This document shows positions 27,351-36,755 of a stretch of 64,000 nt of DNA, piece by piece. The notes under the pieces were generated by a model. It was not told the origin of the DNA. It ran no database searches and saw nothing but the letters and a program-made list of their open reading frames with translations. This DNA comes from an uncultured cyanobacterium (GTDB lineage: Bacteria; Cyanobacteriota; Cyanobacteriia; CAKZMO01): the NCBI GenBank assembly GCA_963719515.1, contig CAVRCJ010000011.1:64001-128000 (forward strand), read 5' to 3'. Each line of letters opens with the position of its first letter. Position 1 is the stretch's first letter. Position numbers and translations under genes: made by a program.

Positions 27351-28169
27351 TCAATTTGACAGGAGCGATCGCGGGCGAGTGAACAATATCACCAGTCCGA
27401 CACCGCCGAAATATAGCCCCAACACCGCCCCTGCCAACAGGCTTTGGGTGATTGGGTCCGTCGATGGCGTGAGGACAGCCCCCAGCACAACCGCCCCCAA
27501 CAGCACAAACCGCCACCCCGCCAGCATCTGCTTCGCTGAGACAATCTTGAGCGTTCCCAGAAGCAGCTGCACGATGGGAATTTGAAACGCTAGCCCGGTG
27601 CTAAACAGCAGCAGCAGGACAAACTCGAAGTAGCGGTCGATGGACCACAGCTGCTCGACCACGTCGGCCCCATAGCTAATGAAAAAGCTGAGCGCTGCTG
27701 GAATGAGAGCAATGTAGGCAAACCCCAGCCCCGCAAAAAACAGCACGCTAGACCCCATCACAATGGGACCGATGAGGCGACGCTCTCGGCGCGTTAGCCC
27801 CGGCAGTACAAAGCGAATGATGTGATAAAGAATGATGGGGCTAGCCAGCAGTATGCCGCTGTACCCCGCGACCTTCACGGAGACAAAGAAATATTCGCCG
27901 GGGGAAAGCTGTAGAAACTTTGCGCCTTGAGCCGGAACTTCCAGCAGTTCCACAATGCGGTTGACAAACGCAAAGCAGCCCACAACCGAAATCACAACGG
28001 CAATCAGCGCGTAAAAAATCCGCTGGCGCAGCTCCTCAAGATGGTCGAAGAGCGACATCTCGGCGTCTTCAGGAAGTTCGCTCCAGTAATCACCGTTGCT
28101 GTCCGTTTGGGATGCGATCGCATCTGACGGTTCTGCTGACGTTTGCTTGAGGTCGGATGAAAGCGGCAT
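27351..28169 (-). CDS. tatC: Twin-arginine translocase subunit TatC
   Basis: [18 protein letters not shown]...E, FQIP, TPSTDP. Confidence 0.96.
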   Translation of the reverse strand: MPLSSDLKQTSAEPSDAIASQTDSNGDYWSELPEDAEMSLFDHLEELRQRIFYALIAVVISVVGCFAFVNRIVELLEVPAQGAKFLQLSPGEYFFVSVKVAGYSGILLASPIILYHIIRFVLPGLTRRERRLIGPIVMGSSVLFFAGLGFAYIALIPAALSFFISYGADVVEQLWSIDRYFEFVLLLLFSTGLAFQIPIVQLLLGTLKIVSAKQMLAGWRFVLLGAVVLGAVLTPSTDPITQSLLAGAVLGLYFGGVGLVILFTRPRSLLSN

Positions 28170-28253
28170 AGTCTGAGCAGGGTTGATAAGGGATTTGGGT
28201 TGAAGGGGACTTAGAGCGCCCCGATTGAGCGCGGCTTCAGGAAGGCGACTAGA

Positions 28254-29177
28254 TTACTCACCGGCTGCGTCGACCCCGCTAGGCTGAGGGACCTCCTCGC
28301 CTGAGGTCTCGCTGGAGTCCTCGCCAGCGGGGATAGCCCCAGGGGTTGGCTCTGGGCTATCGGTGGCTGTACTGCTGGGAGTAGCCGTGGCAGCATCTGC
28401 CGCCGCCAGTCGATTGATTTCGTCTTTGTAATCGGGGGGTGCTAGTTCAGCCGCTTTAGTGAACAAGGGCTGGGCCTCGACAGTGCGGCTTTGGGCCTGA
28501 AGCACAAGGGCTTTACTCAGCGGCGGGCGAAAGTCTTCGGGATGGCTGGCGATCGCTTCATCATACAGCGCCATAGCCTCGTCGTCTTGGTCCATCTCGA
28601 CGTAAACCTGACCCAGCAGCAGCTGCACTGCCGCGACGTCGACGCTATCGGGCTGAACCAGATTGGTGTCATCTGCCGTCTGCAGCGTGTCCTGCAATAG
28701 GCCCACCGCCGCCTGAGGGCGCTCCTCCTCTAGCAAAAGAGCCACCAGCCCCTGCAGCGCGTTCATATCGCCCGGACTTGTCGAGAGCACCTCCCGATAC
28801 ACCTGGGCTGCTCCGTCGCGATCGCCCGTCTGCTGACGCGCTTGGGCAAGCAGCACCTGATACTCCGTTTGCTCTGGATTAAGTTCGGCCAGCTTTTCCA
28901 GCGGCTCAATGGCCGCCTCCAAATTTCCAAGCTGAATTTGAGTTTGCAGCAGTCCCTGCAGCGCCGTTTGGTTATCTGGCTCCCGCTCAAGGACAAGCTC
29001 GTAGCCCCTGGCCTGAGCTTCTAGATCGTTTTGCTCAGCCGTATTGACTGCATCTGCGGTTGACTCTGTCTGCTGCTGAAAGAAAGACCCAAACGGCAGC
29101 GCGGCAATCCCAATGAAAGCGAGTACGGCAACCAGCAAAACAATGTTAACGAACCAGCGTTTGCGCTTGTCAAACAC
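28254..29177 (-). CDS. Membrane-anchored TPR protein
   Basis: N-terminal TM, GYELVLEREPDNQTAL, several TPR helix pairs. Confidence 0.85.
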   Translation of the reverse strand: MFDKRKRWFVNIVLLVAVLAFIGIAALPFGSFFQQQTESTADAVNTAEQNDLEAQARGYELVLEREPDNQTALQGLLQTQIQLGNLEAAIEPLEKLAELNPEQTEYQVLLAQARQQTGDRDGAAQVYREVLSTSPGDMNALQGLVALLLEEERPQAAVGLLQDTLQTADDTNLVQPDSVDVAAVQLLLGQVYVEMDQDDEAMALYDEAIASHPEDFRPPLSKALVLQAQSRTVEAQPLFTKAAELAPPDYKDEINRLAAADAATATPSSTATDSPEPTPGAIPAGEDSSETSGEEVPQPSGVDAAGE

Positions 29178-29437
29178 GCCTTAACCTCCCAAACTCTACT
29201 GCCATTATGAAGTGGATTGGTGAGAATGGGGCCGATTTAGCCGCGAGCTACGGTGAGCTTAAGCCATGAAGTTATGGTGAAAAGTACCTGAGGTCAGGTA
29301 TTTCAGATGTATAAACGAAAAGTAAGATGCAGCAACTGCCAATGAGTCAAGGTACTGACTCAGTTGCCACATTTCGTCACTCATCCATCCCAACAGAGGC
29401 CGCATGACGAATGCTAACCTAGTGGGTATCTCGATTT

Positions 29438-30919
29438 GTGACGAGTGGTAAGGGAGGCCAGGATTCGTTGGAAGGAAAAGACGACAATTCCCCAAAGGAT
29501 GGCTTTCAAAGTCGACCCGATGGTGCTGCATCTGAAAAAGATGCCCAGCAGATGTCCGATACGTCTGTTCAGGATTCAGCGGACGTTGAGATGAACCAGC
29601 ACTCACAAACGACGAGCGATATGACGGTTTCGAAATCAGTAGAGGTCGAACAGCAGCGGTCAGAACAAGCGCTACCGCCCTTGGACAAAGCGGTGCAGCC
29701 TCAGGCCATGGGCGCAGAGCCCAGCGCAACCGAAATTGCCGAGACTAGTATGCCCACGGCCACCGATGCGTCAGAGGCCAGTATCTCAAAATCAAGCACG
29801 GCTGATTTAGACAGCGAGGCAGCTTTGCGCCAAGTTCCCATTCCTCCAGCTAGTGAACCCCTGCAGTACCGGGCCATTGGTCTGATACGGGGCGTTTACG
29901 AACCCTCAGAGGAGCAGTTTACTCGCGGAAATATCACCACCGAAGATGAGATTCCCATTGACGCTGTTCTGCTCGGACGCGTCATGAGTCTGGTCAAAAA
30001 GCACATCGACCTGACTCAGCCTCACCTGTGGGTGGTCTATCCACGCACGCGACCCAACAATAGCGATCTGCATGCTCAGATCGTCGGGATTTGGGAGCCA
30101 GAAAACCTCAATCAAGTCGACTAGGATGACGATAGCTTCGAAGACAGCGCTGATGACGATGCCGAATTCGGCGCTGATGATGCCGACCTGGGCGACGTCG
30201 TCGCTGGTAATTGGGGCGCTGATGACGATGATTTAGAGGGCCGTACCAGCAGCGCGGCAGCGGATGAGGCGTCGGCAGCGCTAGGCCAACCCATGGGCCA
30301 AGCGCCAGAACCGACGGCGGACTACAGCGCCGATGAAGGCCCGTCAACCCTGACCGGAGGATCTGACGAGCCGCCTCACGCCACAGATTCGGTGGAGGGG
30401 GACGAAGCCGCCGAGGCAGGCTCTAGAGCAGCTGTTCCGCAAGCCCCTAAGAAACCGACGCCTAGCGCCCCGTTGGAGTCCTCAGAAAATTCTAGCGGCA
30501 CGGATGACACACAGGACGACGGCTACTTCTCGATTCGAGGGGAGGTGATCCGACAGGCTCGCGGCGGCCAAGATCTGACGATTAAAATTTGTCAAGCTCC
30601 CCGTAAAGGAGAAAGTCGCGGCCGGGCCTTTAAGCTGCTGCTGAGGGGAACCGTCAACCGCCGCGCAGTAGGCTCGTTCTGGGATATGCACGTCCAGCGT
30701 CAGGGCAACGACCTCGTCATCCAAGAGGCAATCTTTATCAAAGACATGCCGCCAACGAAGCGGCGAGGGCGGAGTGGTCCGCCTCGCCGCGGACAAAGTG
30801 GCCCGCCTAGGCGGCGTCAAGATCGGCCCACGCCCGCCGTGCAAAGACAGGGGGCAGCGCCCGCTCGCCCGGTGCCCAAACCCGTCAAGCGGCAAAATCA
30901 CTCTACGCCCACCGAATAA
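29438..30919 (+). pseudogene. Conserved cyanobacterial hypothetical gene interrupted by one in-frame TAG (30122-30124)
   Basis: ORFs 29438-30124 and 30293-30919 share a frame, and the 56 intervening codons are open and Asp-rich. Conserved-looking blocks QYRAIGL..HLWVVYPRT and DGYFSIRGEV lie on either side. Confidence 0.75.
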
Positions 30920-30939
30920 AGTCAGGCCTATTGGCTCCG

Positions 30940-32139
30940 TTAGCTCCCCGTAGTCTTGCCCCCCCAGCTCTCTTGGGCCATAAACGCCCGGTCTTTTGGG
31001 AGGGGTGCTACAGGCTGGCTGAGGTAAAATTCACCCAGCTCAATTTGGGCCTTGAGCGCTTCAGAGATCTGTTGAGAATAGGCCAAGCTGGCTAGAGGGG
31101 CGCTGCGGACAACGCGTCCGTCAATCATAATTTTGCCGGACTTGAGCTGCCGGTAGCTGACGAGTCCAAACGTGGGACGCACCCGCCTGGGAATCGAGAA
31201 GTCCACCACGGGGGCGACAATGTCTTCATCCTGGACGGCGCAGCGGGTCACCACCTGCTCGTTGAGCACCGGTAGCGCCACCCCTACCCCAAGCATCAGC
31301 GACGGACCGTAGCCGCGCAGATAGCAGCCTCGGACCCACCGGGGCGACATTTGCTTGGCATCCCCAACCAGGGCAACGGTCGCCGCTGGGCCGATGGGCG
31401 TTCGGTTGGGCAGGCGGCGCTGCACGGGAAAGTGCTGTGTCCCTTCCCAAGTGACATATCCCTCTGCCCCACCCAGCCAAATACGGCTGCCGATGCCGAT
31501 CAGGTCAAGATCGGGGTCGTTCCACAGGGGGGAAATGGCGCCTGGGTTAGAGTACACCGCGTTGCCCAAGCGCGGCTGCAGCGGGCCTAAGTAGGTGAAT
31601 AGCGGGCGATCGCCCCCGTTTACGCCAACGATAAAATTTTGGTAGAGGTTGCGCGGGTTGAAGAGATAGAACTGGTTGATGGAGCTGCGGGTGATGGTGG
31701 TTTCTAGGGAGGCGCGGGGATAGCAGTCTGTCATCTGCCCGATGGCGCGCAGCTGGACGGACTTGTCGGCCACCAAGTCGGCAATCACGTGGCCGCCGCC
31801 GCGCTCTTTCCCCTCGTCACTATCCAGCGCATCCCCAGAGCGCGACCCTTCGGCCATTTGAGTGGCCCCTAAGTACAGGTCCACTGCGCCAAAGCCCGAA
31901 TAGGCCAGCACGCCGTCCAGCCAGCACTGACGAATTTTTATGGGGGGGTCGGTGTGGCCCAGGTTGATGATTGCCCCAGAAGATTCCATGGGCTCGAAGG
32001 TGCCGCAGGTGATCACGTCAACGATCTGAGCAATCGCCGCCGCTCCGCGCTCGGCGACCTGGGCTTTGACCTGCTCGACGGTCCACACTGTGGCCTGACG
32101 GTCAGAAATTTTAGCGTTAATGTCGTCTAATGTGCGCAT
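30940..32139 (-). CDS. Homocysteine biosynthesis protein (DUF39-like)
   Basis: MRT..DIN.KI, VDVITCGTF.PM.SSGA, GGGHVI.DL, NPRN.YQN. Start placed at ATG 32139. Confidence 0.85.
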   Translation of the reverse strand: MRTLDDINAKISDRQATVWTVEQVKAQVAERGAAAIAQIVDVITCGTFEPMESSGAIINLGHTDPPIKIRQCWLDGVLAYSGFGAVDLYLGATQMAEGSRSGDALDSDEGKERGGGHVIADLVADKSVQLRAIGQMTDCYPRASLETTITRSSINQFYLFNPRNLYQNFIVGVNGGDRPLFTYLGPLQPRLGNAVYSNPGAISPLWNDPDLDLIGIGSRIWLGGAEGYVTWEGTQHFPVQRRLPNRTPIGPAATVALVGDAKQMSPRWVRGCYLRGYGPSLMLGVGVALPVLNEQVVTRCAVQDEDIVAPVVDFSIPRRVRPTFGLVSYRQLKSGKIMIDGRVVRSAPLASLAYSQQISEALKAQIELGEFYLSQPVAPLPKDRAFMAQESWGGKTTGS

Positions 32140-32156
32140 TGTTTGCTCGTACTGAC

Positions 32157-32336
32157 CTAACGCTGCGCCTGCCACCCCATCCACAGGGCTACGCCAGCAA
32201 CAGGAGTAAAGATAATGGTGAGCGCCGCAGCGCCAGTGGCGGGCAGCGGCACCAAAGGGCCTCCGTATTTAATCAATGCGGCGATGGCCGCAGAGGACAG
32301 CATGAGCTTAATTAGGAAGCGGATGTCTTCAGGCAT
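32157..32336 (-). CDS. Small two-TM hypothetical protein
   Basis: MPEDIRFLIKLMLSSAAIAALIKYGGPL...ALTIIFTP. Confidence 0.65.
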   Translation of the reverse strand: MPEDIRFLIKLMLSSAAIAALIKYGGPLVPLPATGAAALTIIFTPVAGVALWMGWQAQR

Positions 32337-32487
32337 GATGAAAGGGACCAGTAGCTGTCGCTGACCTGCCTGCACAGTATACCGGCCGGCGATCGCCTAC
32401 GGGAAATTCGAGCTTTTGGCGATCGCCAAAAGCTTGCTACTCGGCCTGCGGCTCGGCTGTGTCAGCGTCTTCCTAGGGCTGATTTAG

Positions 32488-32879
32488 CTACTAGACAGGA
32501 AGCCCCGCGCTCTACCCGTCAGGGTGAGCGTCGGGATGAGAGTCGCGCTAGCCGAAGTGCGCCCGCAAAATGATGCACAGCGGATAGTGCGCTCAGCGCT
32601 GAGGCTAGCAGTTGGTATGATAGAGATAGCAAGGTGATACACCCCGCAAAGAGTGTGACGGGCCCGTAGGCAAAAGCTGCAAGTCACCCGTTCCTCAGTT
32701 TGCAAATGTATCTGCGACACATAGTGCGTATCCTCCCTCGCGGAGATGAAAATTCAAAACTCTGCCGTGGGGCATCAGGCGGAGTATAAACCTATCTCAG
32801 GATATGTCTCGGCAATAGCTGGGAGTCACTGAGGAAGCCCGCGCTGTACAGCTTGCTGTCAGCGTCGGGAGGATGTCAC
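32488..32879 (+). mobile_element. Non-autonomous IS200/IS605-type element, copy A (392 bp)
   Basis: TTAG at 32484-32487, left hairpin AAGCCCCGCGCT..AGCGTCGGGA, right hairpin AAGCCCGCGCT..AGCGTCGGGA, end GTCAC. Near-identical inverted copy at 36052-36442. Confidence 0.88.
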
Positions 32880-32924
32880 TAGGACGCTTGCTATACCAGC
32901 AAACGCAAGCCCCAATAGAGCAAG

Positions 32925-32950
32925 AAAAAAGCGCCCCAATATGGGACGCT
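32925..32950 (-). terminator. Intrinsic terminator of the DUF4278 gene
   Basis: Minus strand AGCGTCCCA-tat-TGGGGCGCT followed by a T-run. Confidence 0.75.
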
Positions 32951-33009
32951 GACAGTCTGAGCATCGCTATTAGCCCACGGCCTTAGCGCTCAAAAAGGTA
33001 TGCTGCGGC

Positions 33010-33189
33010 TTAGTTTACCCGAGCACCGCGATACTGGAGGTGAACATCCGACCGCTTAGGCTGAACTGCCTGAGCCGGGTGAATTTTCCAGGTTGCACCT
33101 CGGTAGTGACCAATCGTTTCGGCAGTGTCGACTGCGTCAACTGGCGCGTCAATGGAATCGTAGGCAACGCCGCGATAGTGTAGAGACAT
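33010..33189 (-). CDS. DUF4278-domain small protein (59 aa, below the ORF-track cut-off)
   Basis: MSLHYRGVAYDSIDAPVDAVDTAETIGHYRGATWKIHPAQAVQPKRSDVHLQYRGARVN has three YRG motifs. GAGG RBS upstream. Confidence 0.9.
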   Translation of the reverse strand: MSLHYRGVAYDSIDAPVDAVDTAETIGHYRGATWKIHPAQAVQPKRSDVHLQYRGARVN

Positions 33190-33262
33190 AGTAAACCTCT
33201 AAAGTCGTTAAGTAGTGAACCGTTAGTGGAACGCCTCTTCAAAAACTGAAGCGAGGCGAAAA

Positions 33263-33365
33263 TGCGTTCCTTCAGGGCGAACCCTACTTCCGTCTTCGGG
33301 TTTTCGTTGAATCAGGCTCTTGAGATAAAGCGAGCTGATTCAAGATGAACCAGAAGATGAACGTT
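33263..33365 (-). promoter_or_regulatory. Glutamine riboswitch (glnA motif, class I) with extended P2
   Basis: Minus strand CGTTCATCTTC...GAAGACGGAAGTAGGG-ttcg-CCCTGAAGGAACGC, upstream of a DUF4278 gene, the known context. Confidence 0.88.
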
Positions 33366-33374
33366 TGCGTTTCT

Positions 33375-33410
33375 GTATCTATTGTTACGGAAATGCCCTG
33401 GTTTTGTCAA
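33375..33410 (-). promoter_or_regulatory. Sigma70-type promoter with an NtcA box over the -10 region
   Basis: GTA-TCTATTGT-TAC (GTA-N8-TAC) at 33375-33388. TTGACA on the minus strand at 33410-33405, 17 nt before TAACAAT. Confidence 0.8.
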
Positions 33411-33698
33411 GGGGTAATGAATTTTTTTAGATTTAGCCTTGGGATTGAGGACGGGCGGGAAGACGGCTGCAGCAGAATACCCGCAATTTTCTGGGTGTCC
33501 TCAATCGAATGAGCAACACCGCCGCGTTCACCCAATCGCTCTCAAGGGGGCGATCGTGGGCTAAGCTAGTCTGTTGTTTGGGCGCTGTCTCAGCTGACCT
33601 GATAGAGCTAGCCAAAAAATACAGCGGATTGCAGCGATGGCGACAGCCTATTCCAGCGGCAAATCTTATAATGAGCCCGCCTTATTAGGCAATTTTCT

Positions 33699-34754
33699 AT
33701 GCAGCGATCGTTCCAGCGCATCGTCACCGGCGGCATCTTTTTTTGCCTGACCATCGTGGTGGCGGTGATTGGCTACACCCTATTTGGCTGGAGTTTGAGC
33801 GACGCCTTCTACATGGTGATTATTACCATCTTTGGCGTTGGCTACGGCGAAGTTCAGCCCCTAGATTCACCGGCTGAGCGCTTCTTCACCGTCTTGGTTA
33901 TCCTAGCGGGCTTTATTTCAGTTGCTTATATTGTTGGAGGCTTCGTTCAAATGTTGATGGAGGGGGAGATCAACCACGCCCTTGACGCTCGCCGGAAAGC
34001 CCAGGGTCTTGAGCAACTCACAGATCACGTCATTATCTGCGGATTTGGGCGTACCGGGCAGGTCTTAGCCCGGCAGCTTCAGCAAGAAAATAAGGCGTTC
34101 ATCTTACTCGACCAAGATATAGACCGCGTCAGCCGGGCTGAGGCGCTGGGCTATATGGCCCACATGGGTAACGCCACCGATGAAGACGTTCTGCAAACCG
34201 TGGGAATTGCCCGTGCCCGCACCTTAGCCACTGTGCTGCCGGATGATGCGGTGAATGTCTTTATCACCCTGACGGCACGGGAGCTAAATCCTAAGCTGAC
34301 CATCGTGGCTCGGGGCGAGCTGCCCGCTACCGAAAAGAAGCTGCGGCTGGCGGGGGCAAATCACGTCGTCCTGCCCGCTTCCATTAGCGCTCAGCGCATG
34401 GCCAACTTGATTATCCGCCCTACGGCAATCGACTTCCTAGAGCAAAACAGCGAGCGCAGCCAGCTCGACGAACTGCTCTCCCAAATCGATATTCAAATTG
34501 ACGAGCTGAGTCTTCCTTCAGACTCTCAGCTCATAGGGAATACCCTAGGAGAGCTAGAGATTCAGGGAAATCGCGGTATTTTGGTGGTGGCGGTGCGGAG
34601 CGCGGGCGGCGGCATCACCATGAACCCTGGACCGTCTTACAAAATCTGTGGCGGCGACACTCTAATTCTTATGGCCCACCGGGGGGATATTCCCCAGCTT
34701 GCCCAGCTGTATCGCCTCAAGCAGACGCTGCGCTATCGGGGTGCTCGCGCTTAG
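33699..34754 (+). CDS. Potassium channel protein (two-TM pore, TrkA-N, TrkA-C)
   Basis: ITIFGVGYGE filter, HVIICGFGRTG, RCK C-terminal domain. Confidence 0.92.
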   Translation: MQRSFQRIVTGGIFFCLTIVVAVIGYTLFGWSLSDAFYMVIITIFGVGYGEVQPLDSPAERFFTVLVILAGFISVAYIVGGFVQMLMEGEINHALDARRKAQGLEQLTDHVIICGFGRTGQVLARQLQQENKAFILLDQDIDRVSRAEALGYMAHMGNATDEDVLQTVGIARARTLATVLPDDAVNVFITLTARELNPKLTIVARGELPATEKKLRLAGANHVVLPASISAQRMANLIIRPTAIDFLEQNSERSQLDELLSQIDIQIDELSLPSDSQLIGNTLGELEIQGNRGILVVAVRSAGGGITMNPGPSYKICGGDTLILMAHRGDIPQLAQLYRLKQTLRYRGARA

Positions 34755-35878
34755 TTAGGAGGGCCTTTTGCCCTCGCAGCGTTGTCAGAATTGATGATCT
34801 CCTGCAGCCAGGCGTCAACCCGTTCTCCCAACGCCGATAGAGAGTATTTTTCCTCAGCCTCCCGCCGACAGGCTGCCCGATCGACTTCCGCCACTTTGGC
34901 GATCGCCGCCACCAGTCCTTCAACGCTGTCAGGCTTCACCAGCCAGCCCGTTTTGCCATGACTCACTAGCTCTGCCGGACCGCCCCGTTCGTAGGCCAGC
35001 ACCGGTACGCCGCAGGCCAGGGCTTCTACCACCACGTTGCCAAAGGCCTCCACCCATTTGGGCGTCACCAGCAGCGCTCGGCACCGGCCCACCTCTCTTT
35101 GCAAGTCCTGCAGGCCCATAAAGCCCCGGTAGCGCATGGGAGCCTGGGGATACTGCCGCTGTAGGTCTTCCCAATACTCAGGGTCAGAGACGGTTCCAAA
35201 AATATTGAGGACGCTGCCGCATTGTGACGCCGCAGCGATCGCATCTTCCAGCCCTTTTTCCGGGGAAATGCGGCCCATCCAGGCCAGCTCGGGGCCGGGC
35301 GAGGGCTGAAAGTCATATTGGGACAGATCAAACCCGTTTTGCAGCAGGTGCAGGCGATCGCCAAACGGAAAGGTGTCAGCCTGAGTTTGGGTATAGACAC
35401 CAACGCTGCGGGGAAACTGAGCCAGGATTTGGGCGATCGCCTTGTCTATAGCATCCGTCAAAGATCCCATACTGATCCAATGAGCCACCGGACGGCTCAG
35501 CCAGGGCGTGAGATAAAGGGGCAGCCAGTCGTAGGCAAAGTTGAGCAACAGGTCGTAGTTCTGTTGCTCTTGGCGGGCGTAGTCCCACATATGGCCCAGC
35601 ACCGCGTCGGCAGGCAGGTAGATTGACGCGTCGCGGCTCTGAGTTTGGGCTGGGGTTTGTAGGGCCCCGGAAACCAAAGTGAGCGGAACGCCCTCTAGCC
35701 GTGAACCTGCAGGAGCTACGACTTGAATCCGGTGTCCGCGCTGCTGCAGGGCGCTAGCCGTATTTGCCAAAATCAGCTCGACGCCCCCTCCTAAGCCAGA
35801 GCCAAGAGGACCGACCGGAGTGGATAGAAACAGTAGATTCACAGCAGTGGAGTGCGGAACGGAAAATACGTCATGCAA
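34751..35878 (-). CDS. Glycosyltransferase family 4
   Basis: GRISPEKG, EAFGNVVVEALACGVPV. Confidence 0.92.
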   Translation of the reverse strand: MHDVFSVPHSTAVNLLFLSTPVGPLGSGLGGGVELILANTASALQQRGHRIQVVAPAGSRLEGVPLTLVSGALQTPAQTQSRDASIYLPADAVLGHMWDYARQEQQNYDLLLNFAYDWLPLYLTPWLSRPVAHWISMGSLTDAIDKAIAQILAQFPRSVGVYTQTQADTFPFGDRLHLLQNGFDLSQYDFQPSPGPELAWMGRISPEKGLEDAIAAASQCGSVLNIFGTVSDPEYWEDLQRQYPQAPMRYRGFMGLQDLQREVGRCRALLVTPKWVEAFGNVVVEALACGVPVLAYERGGPAELVSHGKTGWLVKPDSVEGLVAAIAKVAEVDRAACRREAEEKYSLSALGERVDAWLQEIINSDNAARAKGPPN

Positions 35879-36051
35879 TAAGCCTGTCTGTCAAGTAAAA
35901 CTACGCAGTATTTAGAATTCAAGGCTAGGGTCGGTAAAATTAAGCCACTTGTCAAGACAATATTAAATCCTATACGAGCCCATAAACCGCTTCCCTAAAA
36001 GCGGTTTTTCTTGAAGAGACATGCTGTCTGGACCTTGATGGGGATTAACGA

Positions 36052-36442
36052 GTGACATCCTCCCGACGCTGACAGCAAGCTGTACAGCGCGGGCTTCCTC
36101 AGTGACTCCCAGCTATTGCCGAGACATATCCTGAGATAGGTTTATACTCCGCCTGATGCCCCACGGCAGAGTTTTGAATTTTCATCTCCGCGAGGGAGGA
36201 TACGCACTATGTGTCGCAGATACATTTGCAAACTGAGGAACGGGTGACTTGCAGCTTTCGCCTACGGGCCCGTCACACTCTTTGCGGGGTGTATCACCTG
36301 CTATCTCTATCATACCAACTGCTAGCCTCAGCGCTGAGCGCACTATCGGCTGTGCATCATTTTGCGGGCGCACTTCGGCTAGCGCGACTCTCATCCCGAC
36401 GCTCACCCTGACGGGTAGAGCGCGGGGCTTCTCGTCTAGTCG
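36052..36442 (-). mobile_element. Non-autonomous IS200/IS605-type element, copy B (391 bp)
   Basis: Reverse complement of 32488-32879 with a handful of differences. TTAG precedes the left end (36446-36443). Confidence 0.88.
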
Positions 36443-36755
36443 CTAAAAATTATTAGCTGTCCTGCCCTTCATCATCCACCTCGCCCCCTACAATCCCGGG
36501 CTAGCTTGTCGGAGGTGAGGATGCCTAGCCCATGGTCTCAGCCACAAAAAGCCGGTATCAGCTGGTTTCAGCCGCTAGCCGCAGCGCTGCTTTCAGGATC
36601 TTCTGGGGCTGGCGATCGCCTTTCTTGGCGCTGACATCGGGAACTGGGTCGCGGGAGTCACCCTGAGCCTCAGCTAACCAGTCTCCCAAACCCGCTAAGA
36701 TTCAAGAGCAAGCACTGCTTCGCTCAGCCCACCACCGACACGGCCCAATTCCGCT

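Noticed and set aside
32484..32720. Small ORFs inside the IS605-type elements (also 36182-36446)
   Set aside because: No TnpA or TnpB motifs, and a 1-nt indel between the copies changes the frames.
33015..33242. 75-aa ORF from the track
   Set aside because: Wrong frame; the overlapping 59-aa frame (33010-33189) has the YRG motifs and an RBS.
33200..33410. 6S RNA
   Set aside because: Short segments looked familiar, but the region is fully explained by promoter, glutamine riboswitch and leader.
32488..36442. Composite transposon formed by copies A and B
   Set aside because: IS200/IS605 transposition needs left and right ends on the same strand; here both outer ends are left ends on opposite strands.
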